Assembly: GCA_963827235.1 (NCBI GenBank)
Contig: CAWHAE010000019.1
Coordinates: 64,001 to 128,000 of the forward strand
Length of the DNA: 64,000 nucleotides
Source of the DNA: an uncultured bacterium
GTDB lineage: Bacteria; Chloroflexota; UBA5177; JANWHV01
Direction of reading: 5' to 3'
Shown: piece by piece, positions 32,588-41,948 of the stretch
How the letters are laid out: each line of letters starts with the position of its first letter
How positions within the stretch are numbered: the first letter of the stretch is position 1
Notes under the pieces: generated by a model
The model's input: only the letters and a program-made list of their open reading frames with translations
Databases searched by the model: none
Told to the model about the DNA's origin: nothing
Position numbers and translations under genes: made by a program

Positions 32588-33553
32588 TCAGGCCTTGTCC
32601 ACGACTTGAGCGCCGAGCAGGCCGGTGGGACGAAGAACCAGCACGCACATCAGCACGGCGAACACCGCCGGCTCGGCCCATTGCAGCCCTACACCTTGGC
32701 TCGCGTCCACGGCACTTACCAGTGCCTCAACCTCGCCGACCAGCAGACCGCCGAGCATGGCGCCCCGTATATTGCCGATGCCTCCCAGCACGGCGGCCGT
32801 GAATGCCTTGAGGCCGGCCAGAAAGCCGATGCTATAGTCGATCGAATTGTAGTAGAGACCATAAATCACGCCTGCCGCTCCGGCGAGAACAGAGCCGACC
32901 ACGAAAGTGAAGGATATCACGCGGTTGACGTCGATCCCCATCATGCGGGCCGCCTCGGGATCCTGAGCGGTAGCGCGCATCGCCTTGCCGATCTTGGTGC
33001 TTCCCACCAGGTAGAGCAGGCCAAGCATGAGGATGGGCGCGGCGATGAATACGATGATGGACTTGTTTGAGACGTTGAGACCAAGGAAATGGAGATACTC
33101 GGGGCTGATCAGACTGGGATAGGTGATGGAGCCGTTGTTGGTTCCGATCTGCCAGACCAGGGTGGCGTTCTCGATGATGAACGAAACGCCAATGGCAGTC
33201 ACCAAGGGCGCCAGTTTGGGCGCGCCACGCAAAGGTCTATAGGCAAACCGCTCGATAACAAACCCAACCACACCACATGACGCCATGGCCACGAGGAATG
33301 CGACGACAAATGCTGCGATCAGCATGCCTCCAGTGAGCACACCATAGTTGTCGCTTATCGGACCGCCAAACAAGTCCTGCAGTATCGCCCAGGAGAAGAG
33401 GCCTCCAAGCATAAACACGTCGCCATGAGCGAAATTGATCAATTCCAGGATGCCGTACACCAGCGTATAGCCCAGGGCGATAAGGGCATACATCATTCCC
33501 AGCGCCAGGCCGTTCACCAGCGTATTGGGCAAATCATTGAGGTACTGGTTCAA
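32588..33553 (-). CDS. livH: Branched-chain amino acid ABC transporter permease
   Basis: YALIALGYTLVYGIL.LINFAHG, GKAMRATAQD, KAFTAAVLGGIG. Confidence 0.95.
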   Translation of the reverse strand: MNQYLNDLPNTLVNGLALGMMYALIALGYTLVYGILELINFAHGDVFMLGGLFSWAILQDLFGGPISDNYGVLTGGMLIAAFVVAFLVAMASCGVVGFVIERFAYRPLRGAPKLAPLVTAIGVSFIIENATLVWQIGTNNGSITYPSLISPEYLHFLGLNVSNKSIIVFIAAPILMLGLLYLVGSTKIGKAMRATAQDPEAARMMGIDVNRVISFTFVVGSVLAGAAGVIYGLYYNSIDYSIGFLAGLKAFTAAVLGGIGNIRGAMLGGLLVGEVEALVSAVDASQGVGLQWAEPAVFAVLMCVLVLRPTGLLGAQVVDKA

Positions 33554-33594
33554 ACGCGTCCTCGCATATCGATAGCATGGGTATGGCAGTCACA

Positions 33595-33629
33595 GTGCAG
33601 GAGGGGCGGCATGGCCGCCCCTCCTGCAC
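33595..33629 (-). other. Strong intergenic hairpin between binding-protein and permease genes (mRNA stabiliser or partial terminator)
   Basis: GTGCAGGAGGGGCGGC-ATG-GCCGCCCCTCCTGCAC, perfect 16-bp stem. Confidence 0.75.
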
Positions 33630-33648
33630 CGGGCGTGTGCGTCCCAGC

Positions 33649-34959
33649 CTACGGCTGCGGCGCCAGGCCGGCGTAGATCCAGTGAGCGGACTTACCGGTA
33701 CCCACGACCTTGTACATCGAAACGACGAAACTGGTGAGGTCGCCGTTGGCGTCGAAGCTGATGCTGCCCGAGCCACCGGACCAGTTCTTGGTCTGGCCGA
33801 CGTACGTGGCGATGATCGAGCGCGTGGTGATGTCCTGCGCCTGTCCAACCTTGATCTTGCCGGCCTTCACAGCCTTGGCGTACGCCTGGATGATCACGTT
33901 GGCCGCGTCGTAGGACTCTACGTCATAGGCAGCCGTCGGGATGCCCGGGAACTGCTTGGCTTCCAGGGCCAGGAAGGACTTGGCGGCCGGGAAGTTGAGG
34001 GCGTCCGGCCCGATGCTGCTGGCATAGCTCTTCAGCACGCCGCCGTTGGAGCTGGCCGTGATGTAATCCTGGGCGTACAGACCGTCGCCACCCATGAACC
34101 AGCAGTTCAGGCCTGCCGCCTTGAGGGCATCGGCCAGGAACGTGCCGCCACCGGTGTGGGTGTCATACTCGCCGCCGAAGAACACCAGGTCGACCTTGCC
34201 GCCGCTGGCGCTTTCGATATTGGTGGCCAGTTGGTCAGCGCCGAGCTTGGGCAGGGTGAGATCCAGCTCGCCGCTGCCGACGATCGTGGCGCCCAGCTTC
34301 AGCGCCTCGGCCTTGAAGGAGGCTGCCAGGCCGACACCGTAGGGATCGGTATTGTCGGTGACGAAAATACGCTTCGCATGCAGAACCTTCACGGCGTAGG
34401 CGGCGTCATCCCCGCCTTGGTGCAGGTCGGTGGTCACCGTGCGGAAGTAGGTGACGGGGCCCTTGCCTGCCGCGGTGCGCGGCTCGTACTTGGCGCGCAG
34501 CTTGGGGTCGGTTAGCTCGACCGCAGTGTTGGACGGGCTGATCTGGACCAGGCCGGCCTGGTTGTATACAGCCTCGGAGCCCTTGGTAGCGCCGCTGTTG
34601 AGCGGGCCGACCTCGCCGATCAGCGTGCTGTCGGCGATGAAGGTGCGGGCGTTCGCAGCATCCTTCTCAGGATTGTTCGAGTTGTTGATCGTGTCGTCCA
34701 GGACGTCGGCCTGGAAGGTAACGCCGGGCACCACATGATTGGCGTTAGCCTGGGCAACGGCTACTTTGACACCACGCGCGATACCGTTGGCCAGCTCGGC
34801 GAGCTGGAGGATCGGCACACTGACGCCGATGGTGATAGTGCCGGTGGCATCGGATACCGATGCATGCGCGGAGCGCGGTACGGCATTGCCTGCCAGGAGT
34901 GACACCAGGGCAATCGCGCCAAGTCCGCGAAGCGCACGTCTAGATGTCGTCATGGGCAT
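33649..34959 (-). CDS. Branched-chain amino acid ABC transporter substrate-binding protein (LivK/LivJ family)
   Basis: Signal peptide, VGPLNSG, ISPSNT, YFRT, YGVGLA, MGGDG, FDANGD. Confidence 0.92.
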   Translation of the reverse strand: MPMTTSRRALRGLGAIALVSLLAGNAVPRSAHASVSDATGTITIGVSVPILQLAELANGIARGVKVAVAQANANHVVPGVTFQADVLDDTINNSNNPEKDAANARTFIADSTLIGEVGPLNSGATKGSEAVYNQAGLVQISPSNTAVELTDPKLRAKYEPRTAAGKGPVTYFRTVTTDLHQGGDDAAYAVKVLHAKRIFVTDNTDPYGVGLAASFKAEALKLGATIVGSGELDLTLPKLGADQLATNIESASGGKVDLVFFGGEYDTHTGGGTFLADALKAAGLNCWFMGGDGLYAQDYITASSNGGVLKSYASSIGPDALNFPAAKSFLALEAKQFPGIPTAAYDVESYDAANVIIQAYAKAVKAGKIKVGQAQDITTRSIIATYVGQTKNWSGGSGSISFDANGDLTSFVVSMYKVVGTGKSAHWIYAGLAPQP

Positions 34960-35505
34960 TTTCCCTCACTTGTGCAGCAATTCCTGGGATGAATGAATTG
35001 ATAGCCCTGACCGTGCAGCAATTCTCTGCGATCCGGTCGCCTATCGCACGTCCTGCCCGTCCGCAGGAGCCCGATGAGCCATTATGCAGCCGTCGCGAAT
35101 TTCATGCGCGGACTGCAGGTCGTGCCTTATCTCCCAACCCTCTGGCTAGTGCCTGCTTCAACCTCCTTCCGCGTAGCCGTTACTCGACTTTGGGCGGGCA
35201 TCGCATGCGAATCCGGTGCGGCTCCAGCTTGCATGGCGCTGAGTTGAATGCTGCTCAAAGACGTGGGTGCGCGGCAACGAGTACGTCGTGCTGCGAAATA
35301 GCTGTGGCACCTTACCGCATACCTCAAACTACACGAACATGCGTTAGCAAGCTAGGAGACGACGACGGCAGCGATGTCGATCTCTCCACTAGCCATCATG
35401 GGCAGCGGTGATTGGATAGAGTATACACATTCCGGGACCGGAATGTAGAGTCCGGCGCGTTCCGCTGCGGCACGTTTCACGCGCTCGGTTTCATATCGGG
35501 TTTTC

Positions 35506-35534
35506 TTGGAGGTAGGCTCGACTAGGTTTACAAT
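35506..35534 (+). promoter_or_regulatory. Candidate sigma70 promoter for the kinase gene
   Basis: TTGGAG-17 nt-TACAAT about 150 nt upstream of ATG 35685. Confidence 0.45.
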
Positions 35535-35684
35535 CCATCTGTCACGACGCACCCTGCGAGTTCGCTCGACGTGCCGCAACTTATGCGCAATCCGGCGCCC
35601 TTGCGCGCGCGCATCGGGTAACACTACTGATTAGGGCCGTGCCCGCGTCGCCGGCGCGCCCGGCAGAATATCTGGTGAGGACAG

Positions 35685-37760
35685 ATGAACGACGATCGGC
35701 TGTACGGCGGTCGCTACAAGCTCCTGGACGTGATCGGCGATGGCGGTATGGCTCGCGTTTTCCGCGCCACCGACACGCGGCTCGACCGGACTGTTGCCAT
35801 CAAGGTGCTGCGCGAGCAGTTCACCGGCGAGCCTCAGTTCATCGAGCGATTCAAGCAGGAAGCACGATTGGCCGCTGCTCTCGCCCACCCAAACATCGTG
35901 GGCGTCTATGATGTGGGCGAAGAGAACGGGCAGTACTACATGGTGATGGAGTACGTGCCCGGCGACAATCTCAAGCAGATCATTGCGCGCGAGGCGCCCA
36001 TGCCGCTCGGCACAGTGGTCGGCTTCATGCGACAGCTGGCCGCTGCCCTGGATTACGCGCACTCTCACGGCGTGATTCACCGCGACATCAAGCCGGAGAA
36101 CATCATCGTCACCGACAGGCGCGAAGTGAAGGTAGGCGATTTCGGCATCGCTCGGGCCCTCGCTGGCTCTGCCCTGACGGCGACCGGCACGGTGTTGGGC
36201 TCCGTCTCGTACTTCTCGCCGGAGCAAGCAAGCGGCCAGCAGGCAACTGCCGAGTCCGACCTGTACTCGGCGGGCATGGTTCTGTTCGAGATGCTGACCG
36301 GGCACGTGCCGTTTTCGGGCCCCAATCCGGTGGCCGTGGCCATGGCACAGGTCAACGACCCGCCGTCGCTGCCGACCAACTTCGTGCCCGAGCTGCCGAG
36401 ACCGGTCGAAGCGGTCGTGCTGAAAGCCATTGCCAAGGATCCGTCGCAGCGCTATCACACGGGATACGAGCTGATGGCCGCGCTGACGGCAGCCGCCAAG
36501 CCGGCGCCCCAGGCGCCGGTCGCGGCTCAGACGGAGGCGCCAAGAGTCCGCCGGGCTGCGCCGGTCGCCGAGGTCGCGGATGCCTCGGCCACGCTCGTGG
36601 CCGGATCGCCGGTACTGGCCGACGGCTCACAACGCCGCGGCCGCCGCGGCTATGGAGGTGCCATCGCGGCTCTGATCACGACGGCCGTCCTGTTGCTCGC
36701 CGCCGTGCTGGTCTATCACACGATCTCGGGCAACGAGTCGGCGAGCTCGACTGCGACGGCCTCGCCGACACCGACCCGTATCGCGACGGCCGGCGGCCAA
36801 AAGCCGACCAGGGTGCCGGCCGTGGTGCCGACCGACACCTTCGTTGCGCCGCAGCGGACGAACACGCCCGTGGCCAATCAGGTGCCTGCCGCCACGGACA
36901 CGCCCGTGTCCCCCGTGGTGGCGGTGGCCAGCGCGACCGCCATCGACACAGCCACCCCGGCCGGCACCGCTACCACCGGATTGGCGAGTGATACACCAAC
37001 CGTGCCGACCGACACGCCGACGGCGGAAGGCGGGACGCCGACCGCGGGCACGGAGACACCGACCGCGGGCACGGAGACGGCTACGGCCGGCACCGAGACG
37101 GTCACGCCCGGATCCACCCATGGCGCTACCGTCGACCTCGTCACGGCGTCCAAGGTGGGCAGCCACTTCACCGCGCAGGGCGTGTCCAGCCACTTCACGG
37201 CGGGGACGTCCACGGTGTACGCCGTGGCCAAGATTCACGGCAAGGCCAAGGGCGACGTGGTCAAGTTCGTTTGGCAGTATCCCGACGGCAGCACCTTTGG
37301 GCTGGAAATCCCGGACGTGACTTCGTACAAGGGCAACGTCACGGCCTACGCGGAGATCACGCCGCGTGGTCCGGGCACGTACACGGTGACGACGACCATC
37401 AACGGTCACAGCGTGGCGAGCGTCACTTTCACCGTGGCTTCACACGGCGAGGCCACGGCATCGACCGGTGCCGCGAGCCAGCCTGCCGGAAGCGCCACCA
37501 CTGAGGCGAATTCGACGGCGGTCCTGACGGTAACTCCGGTCGCGGCCGAGAGCACCTCCGCCGCGTCGGCGGAATACGCCGGCGGCAGCGGCTCCGGCCC
37601 TCACGGGCACGGTGACGATCCAGTCCACGCCGGGCAGCGCGGAGAGCCTGGGCTCGGCAACCGCCGGGACTGCCTCGCCGGCGACGACGGGAGTGGGGGT
37701 GGCGACTGCCCTGCCCACCGACACCCCGGCCGGCCAGTGAGCCAGTACACTGGGACATGA
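35685..37760 (+). CDS. Membrane Ser/Thr protein kinase (Pkn/Hanks type) with Thr/Pro-rich extracellular region; probable 3' frameshift
   Basis: GDGGMARV, VAIK, HRDIKPEN, DFGIA, SPEQ; one TM; PT-rich linker and beta-sandwich. Confidence 0.95.
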   Translation: MNDDRLYGGRYKLLDVIGDGGMARVFRATDTRLDRTVAIKVLREQFTGEPQFIERFKQEARLAAALAHPNIVGVYDVGEENGQYYMVMEYVPGDNLKQIIAREAPMPLGTVVGFMRQLAAALDYAHSHGVIHRDIKPENIIVTDRREVKVGDFGIARALAGSALTATGTVLGSVSYFSPEQASGQQATAESDLYSAGMVLFEMLTGHVPFSGPNPVAVAMAQVNDPPSLPTNFVPELPRPVEAVVLKAIAKDPSQRYHTGYELMAALTAAAKPAPQAPVAAQTEAPRVRRAAPVAEVADASATLVAGSPVLADGSQRRGRRGYGGAIAALITTAVLLLAAVLVYHTISGNESASSTATASPTPTRIATAGGQKPTRVPAVVPTDTFVAPQRTNTPVANQVPAATDTPVSPVVAVASATAIDTATPAGTATTGLASDTPTVPTDTPTAEGGTPTAGTETPTAGTETATAGTETVTPGSTHGATVDLVTASKVGSHFTAQGVSSHFTAGTSTVYAVAKIHGKAKGDVVKFVWQYPDGSTFGLEIPDVTSYKGNVTAYAEITPRGPGTYTVTTTINGHSVASVTFTVASHGEATASTGAASQPAGSATTEANSTAVLTVTPVAAESTSAASAEYAGGSGSGPHGHGDDPVHAGQRGEPGLGNRRDCLAGDDGSGGGDCPAHRHPGRPVSQYTGT
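37038..37100 (+). repeat. Three 21-bp coding tandem repeats ((P/A)TAGTET)
   Basis: CCGACCGCGGGCACGGAGACA / CCGACCGCGGGCACGGAGACG / GCTACGGCCGGCACCGAGACG. Confidence 0.8.
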
Positions 37761-37850
37761 AACGATCGGGCCTCGTGACTCATCTCGCGGTGGGGATGCG
37801 GGTGCGAGAGCGCGCGTGCGTGCACTGATACTGAAAGGAGCATCCTCCTG

Positions 37851-38801
37851 TTGAGCGCGTTGGTCGCTGCCTCGCTATTGGCGCAGCATGCCGCTATCCT
37901 TGCCGCCGCCACTACCTCGGTTGGACACGTGCAGGCGATCATACTCGGCCTGCTCCAGGGCGTGGCGGAGCTCTTCCCAATCAGCAGCCTCGGACATACG
38001 GTGATCGCGCCCAAGCTCCTGGGCTGGAACATCGACCAGAAGTCGGACACGTTCCTGCCCTTCGTGGTCATGCTGCACCTCGGCACGGCGACCGCCCTGA
38101 TCGTCTACTTCTGGAGCGATTGGGTGTCCGTCGTGACGCCCATGGTGGACAGCGTGAGACGCGGCAGATTGGGTGAGAGCGCCGAGGAGCGAATCGGCTG
38201 GCTGGTCTGCGCCGGCACCGTGCCGCCATCGATCATCGCGGTGTTCTTCGAGCAGCGGGTGAAGGACTTCTTCGCCGATCCCAAGATCGCTGCTGCCTTC
38301 CTCGTGATCAACGGTTTCCTCATGTACTTCGGCGAACGACTGCGAGCTCGCGCGAGCAGGTTGGTCGCGCAGGCCGAGCAGGGCACGAACCGTCCTCCGG
38401 CTGTGCCGCGGCCAATCTCGACGCTCTCCTGGACGGAGGCCGTGATCGTCGGCAGCGCGCAGGCGCTGGCCTTGGTGCCCGGCATCTCGCGATCCGGCGT
38501 CACCATGGTGGCCGGCCTGGCGACGGGACTGACGCACGAAGCGGCCGCCAGGTTTGCCTTCCTCCTGGCTACGCCGCTGATCATCGCCGCCGGGGTGGCT
38601 GAGATTCCGGCCTTGCTCAGCTCTTCCGGTCGATCGACTTTGGGGGACGCGCTCTTGGGCGGCGTGGTGGCCGCGTTCGCCGCATACGGCAGCGTGCGCT
38701 TCCTGATGCGGTACTTCAAGGTGGGCCGGCTGACCCCGTTTGCTTACTACTGCTGGGCCGCGGGCTGCCTGGCGCTGGTCGGCCTGGCGCTCCGAGGCTG
38801 A
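37851..38801 (+). CDS. uppP: Undecaprenyl-diphosphate phosphatase
   Basis: QGVAELFPISSLGH, LHLGT, PGISRSG, AARFAFLLATP. Confidence 0.95.
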   Translation: MSALVAASLLAQHAAILAAATTSVGHVQAIILGLLQGVAELFPISSLGHTVIAPKLLGWNIDQKSDTFLPFVVMLHLGTATALIVYFWSDWVSVVTPMVDSVRRGRLGESAEERIGWLVCAGTVPPSIIAVFFEQRVKDFFADPKIAAAFLVINGFLMYFGERLRARASRLVAQAEQGTNRPPAVPRPISTLSWTEAVIVGSAQALALVPGISRSGVTMVAGLATGLTHEAAARFAFLLATPLIIAAGVAEIPALLSSSGRSTLGDALLGGVVAAFAAYGSVRFLMRYFKVGRLTPFAYYCWAAGCLALVGLALRG

Positions 38802-38967
38802 GAGACCAGCGGGCTAATCGGCGTCGTCCTGTGCCGGCAACCTTGCTATGCTGAGAGGGTGTTGCGCTTGTGCTCCACCGGCACGGGGTGTGGCTGGGTG
38901 CAGGCCGGTCTGCAGCGCGAGCCAAGCCTAGTTGGATGACGCCGGATCTCGGAGAGGAGACGTGAAA

Positions 38968-39177
38968 ATGCAGGCAAGCGACCGCCAGAAAGTGTTTCTG
39001 TTGGCAATCGCCGCGGCGGCAGTGTTCGTGGTTATCGGCATACTCTATCTGACCAGCCACTTCATTCCATCTGGATTCCATTGGAAACATGCAGTCCTGG
39101 CCTTCGTCCTCGCCGGCGGGTCGCTGATCGTCGCCAATTTCAACCGGCCGGGCGCCGGCGTGGCGACCGGGCGCTGA
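38968..39177 (+). CDS. Small two-TM membrane protein
   Basis: GAGGAG RBS; two hydrophobic helices flanking HWKHA. Confidence 0.7.
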   Translation: MQASDRQKVFLLAIAAAAVFVVIGILYLTSHFIPSGFHWKHAVLAFVLAGGSLIVANFNRPGAGVATGR

Positions 39178-39513
39178 TCACCGGCAGGCGACTGGCCCGC
39201 GGCGATTGTACCGCCAATGAGCGCGGGCGCCGCCATGCGCCGAGGCTCGTCCCCCAGGTTGCCGGGAAGATACTTCGCGCCTCCGGCTACGGTTGGGACG
39301 GGCCGGCTGCGGCCGGTTGAGAGGCGGGGTCTTGATCCACGCCGCTTGCGACGCGCGCGATGCGTGCCTCATCGGTGGCCTCCGATCCGGTGACCACGCT
39401 GCTCGGCTGAGCGGCGGGACACGGTCGGCCCCCGCGGCACGCGCACCAGTTCAGACCGGCAATCTGCCGGCTTGTTTGTGCCGCGGCTCGGCGGCAGGCT
39501 CGGTCCCGCGGCG

Positions 39514-39774
39514 CTAACCGAATACGGCGATCGCTGCGATTACCGAACCCATGACCACCAGGGTGAGCAACGAGAGGCCCAGATTGAAGTGGAAATCGAT
39601 GATCAGCACCGCGGTCATGACGATCAGGATCGCGATCGATAGCACAATGGGCAGGTTGTTCGCGTCCTCGTTCAGCGCGGTCGCGCGCTCGGGTTGCGAA
39701 GGCAAGTCGCTGCGAGGGTGTCGTGCCACGCGGCGATACGCTTCACGCGCTGCCGGGCTGATGCTCTTGGCCAT
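39514..39774 (-). CDS. Small membrane protein
   Basis: AAAGGA RBS; basic N-terminus and two C-terminal TM helices. Confidence 0.65.
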   Translation of the reverse strand: MAKSISPAAREAYRRVARHPRSDLPSQPERATALNEDANNLPIVLSIAILIVMTAVLIIDFHFNLGLSLLTLVVMGSVIAAIAVFG

Positions 39775-40004
39775 GTGAGAGGTTCCTTTCACGCGAAAAG
39801 CGGGCGGCTACCCATAGGCTACAATATCCCCGTCCATCCTGGTAGCAGGACATTCTGGTACGTTGCGGATGTTTGCCCATGAGTCGAACGCCGATGTCCG
39901 GCACCGCTGCTGCCATCGCCTTCTTCCGGGCCAGCTTTTCCAGCCTGAGGAGAGTCGTCTTGGCTCCCGGAGCGCCTGCCAGCGGCAGAGCGCTGAATCC
40001 ATTG

Positions 40005-40628
40005 TCAGCGAGCCGGGCCGGACGGTACGCTCCGCGTCGAGCGGCGGCAGAGATCCAGGAAGAGCCGGTGCACGCGGGCGTCATCGCCAAGCTCAGGGTG
40101 GAACGACGATGCCAGCAGCCCGCCTTCGCGCACCAGGACCGGCGTGCCGTCGGCCAGGGTGGCAAGAACCTGCACGCCGGGTCCCACTTCTTCGACCACC
40201 GGCGCCCGAATGAAGATCGCTCGTAGTGGTCGCTCGCCGAGCTCTGCCAAGCGCACGTCGGCCTCGAAGCTTTCCGCCTGCGAGCCGTAGGCGTTCCGCT
40301 TTACGCGAATGTCCATCAGTCTCAGCGCCTGCGGCGCGTGTTGGGCGCCGCCACGAGCGAGCAGGATCATTCCGGCGCAAGTGCCGTACGCCGGCATGCC
40401 CTGCAGCATCATGTCGCGCAGCGGCTCCATGAGGCCGCACTTCGCCATCAGCTTGCCGATCGCGGTGCTCTCGCCGCCCGGCAGGATGAGCCCGTCGAGA
40501 TCGCGCAGATGGGCGGCCAGGCGCACCTCGACCGGATGGACTCCGAGGCGGCGAAGCATCCTGCCGTGCTCTGCTACTCCGCCCTGCAAGGCAAGAACGC
40601 CGATCCTCGGCGCCACCGCGGTGGCCAT
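40005..40628 (-). CDS. pdxT: PLP synthase glutaminase subunit
   Basis: GVLALQG, PGGEST, GTCAG, RNAYG, FIRAP, FHPE. Confidence 0.97.
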   Translation of the reverse strand: MATAVAPRIGVLALQGGVAEHGRMLRRLGVHPVEVRLAAHLRDLDGLILPGGESTAIGKLMAKCGLMEPLRDMMLQGMPAYGTCAGMILLARGGAQHAPQALRLMDIRVKRNAYGSQAESFEADVRLAELGERPLRAIFIRAPVVEEVGPGVQVLATLADGTPVLVREGGLLASSFHPELGDDARVHRLFLDLCRRSTRSVPSGPAR

Positions 40629-40632
40629 CGGC

Positions 40633-41550
40633 TCAGCTCCCGCGCCCGGCGAGCAGCGCAGCCGGGGCAATGTCGGCGATCTCGAGCCCCGGCATGGCGT
40701 CGCCTAGACCGCGCGAGAGATCGGCAATGCGGGCGCCGTCACGGCAGTGGGTGGTCGCCTGCACGATGGCACGGGCGAACCGGGCCGGGTTGGAGCTCTT
40801 GAAGATGCCTGAGCCGACAAACACCCCATCGGCACCGAGCTGCATCATCAGCGCGGCATCAGCCGGCGTGGCCACGCCGCCCGCGGCAAAATTCACCACG
40901 GGCAGGGCGCCGGTCTCGTGCACCCGTCGCACGAGCTCGATCGGCGCGCCCAAGTCGCGGGCAGCGGCCGAGAGCTGCTCTGGCTGCAGACCGGCTATCC
41001 GGCGAATGGCGTTCGTCATCGCCCGCATGTGGCGTACCGCCTCCACCACATTGCCGGTACCCGCCTCGCCCTTGGTGCGAATCATCGCCGCTCCTTCGCC
41101 GATCCGGCGCAGCGCTTCGCCCAGATCGCGAGCGCCGCAGACGAACGGCACCGTGAAGGCATGCTTGTCCACGTGGTGCTCCTCGTCCGCCGGTGTCAGG
41201 ACTTCGCTTTCGTCGACATAATCGATGCCGAGCGCCTGCAACACCTGGGCCTCCACGAAATGCCCGATCCGGATCTTCGCCATCACCGGGATGGTGACCG
41301 CTTCCTTGATCCGCGCGATGAGCTCGGGATCGCTCATGCGCGCCACGCCGCCCTGCGCCCGGATATCGGCCGGAACTCGCTCCAGCGCCATGACCGCCAC
41401 CGCGCCCGCTTCCTCGGCTATCCTGGCGTGGTCGACCGAGACCACGTCCATGATCACGCCACCCTTCAGCATCTGGGCGAGGCCCGACTTCAAGCGCCAT
41501 GTTCCCTTCTCTGCCTCGACGCCCTGAGCTATCGCGCCATTCTCCACCAT
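40633..41550 (-). CDS. pdxS: PLP synthase lyase subunit
   Basis: [42 protein letters not shown]. Confidence 0.98.
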   Translation of the reverse strand: MVENGAIAQGVEAEKGTWRLKSGLAQMLKGGVIMDVVSVDHARIAEEAGAVAVMALERVPADIRAQGGVARMSDPELIARIKEAVTIPVMAKIRIGHFVEAQVLQALGIDYVDESEVLTPADEEHHVDKHAFTVPFVCGARDLGEALRRIGEGAAMIRTKGEAGTGNVVEAVRHMRAMTNAIRRIAGLQPEQLSAAARDLGAPIELVRRVHETGALPVVNFAAGGVATPADAALMMQLGADGVFVGSGIFKSSNPARFARAIVQATTHCRDGARIADLSRGLGDAMPGLEIADIAPAALLAGRGS

Positions 41551-41888
41551 GTTCGTGTCCTTTCGTGTCGCTCCTGCCGGGTGCTCGGCAGTCGTCCATC
41601 GTTCGCCTTCGCACACCCTGAGCCGACACCGCAGCCCGCGCCGGGACTCGGCGGTCACCGAGCTCGGCCGCCTACATTGCGCGCTGGAGCTCGGATGAGG
41701 TCGGTTGTCCCGGCTTCGATCCTGCCGTATCGAGCGCGCGGCCGAGCCGGCCGCGCGCGGACCTGCCTGTCACGACCGCTAGTGTCGGGACCGGGCCACT
41801 CCCGCGTCGAGCTGCCGGCGCCCTCGCGCTCCCGGTAGCCGCACCGGTTCGCGAACTACGGTACACTGGAAGCGGCATGGGCGCCAGC

Positions 41889-41919
41889 GCCACTATTGCC
41901 ATGTGAACCATGCCACTAT
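41889..41919. promoter_or_regulatory. Candidate PdxR operator (direct repeat GCCACTAT x2)
   Basis: GCCACTAT at 41889 and 41912 between divergent pdxS and the MocR regulator. Confidence 0.5.
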
Positions 41920-41948
41920 GGGCTCGATGAGGAAGAAGTACGGGCTGA

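Noticed and set aside
34960-35400. T-box or leader-peptide attenuator upstream of the liv operon
   Set aside because: No T-box GGTGGNACCGCG motif, Leu/Ile/Val-rich leader or U-tailed terminator found
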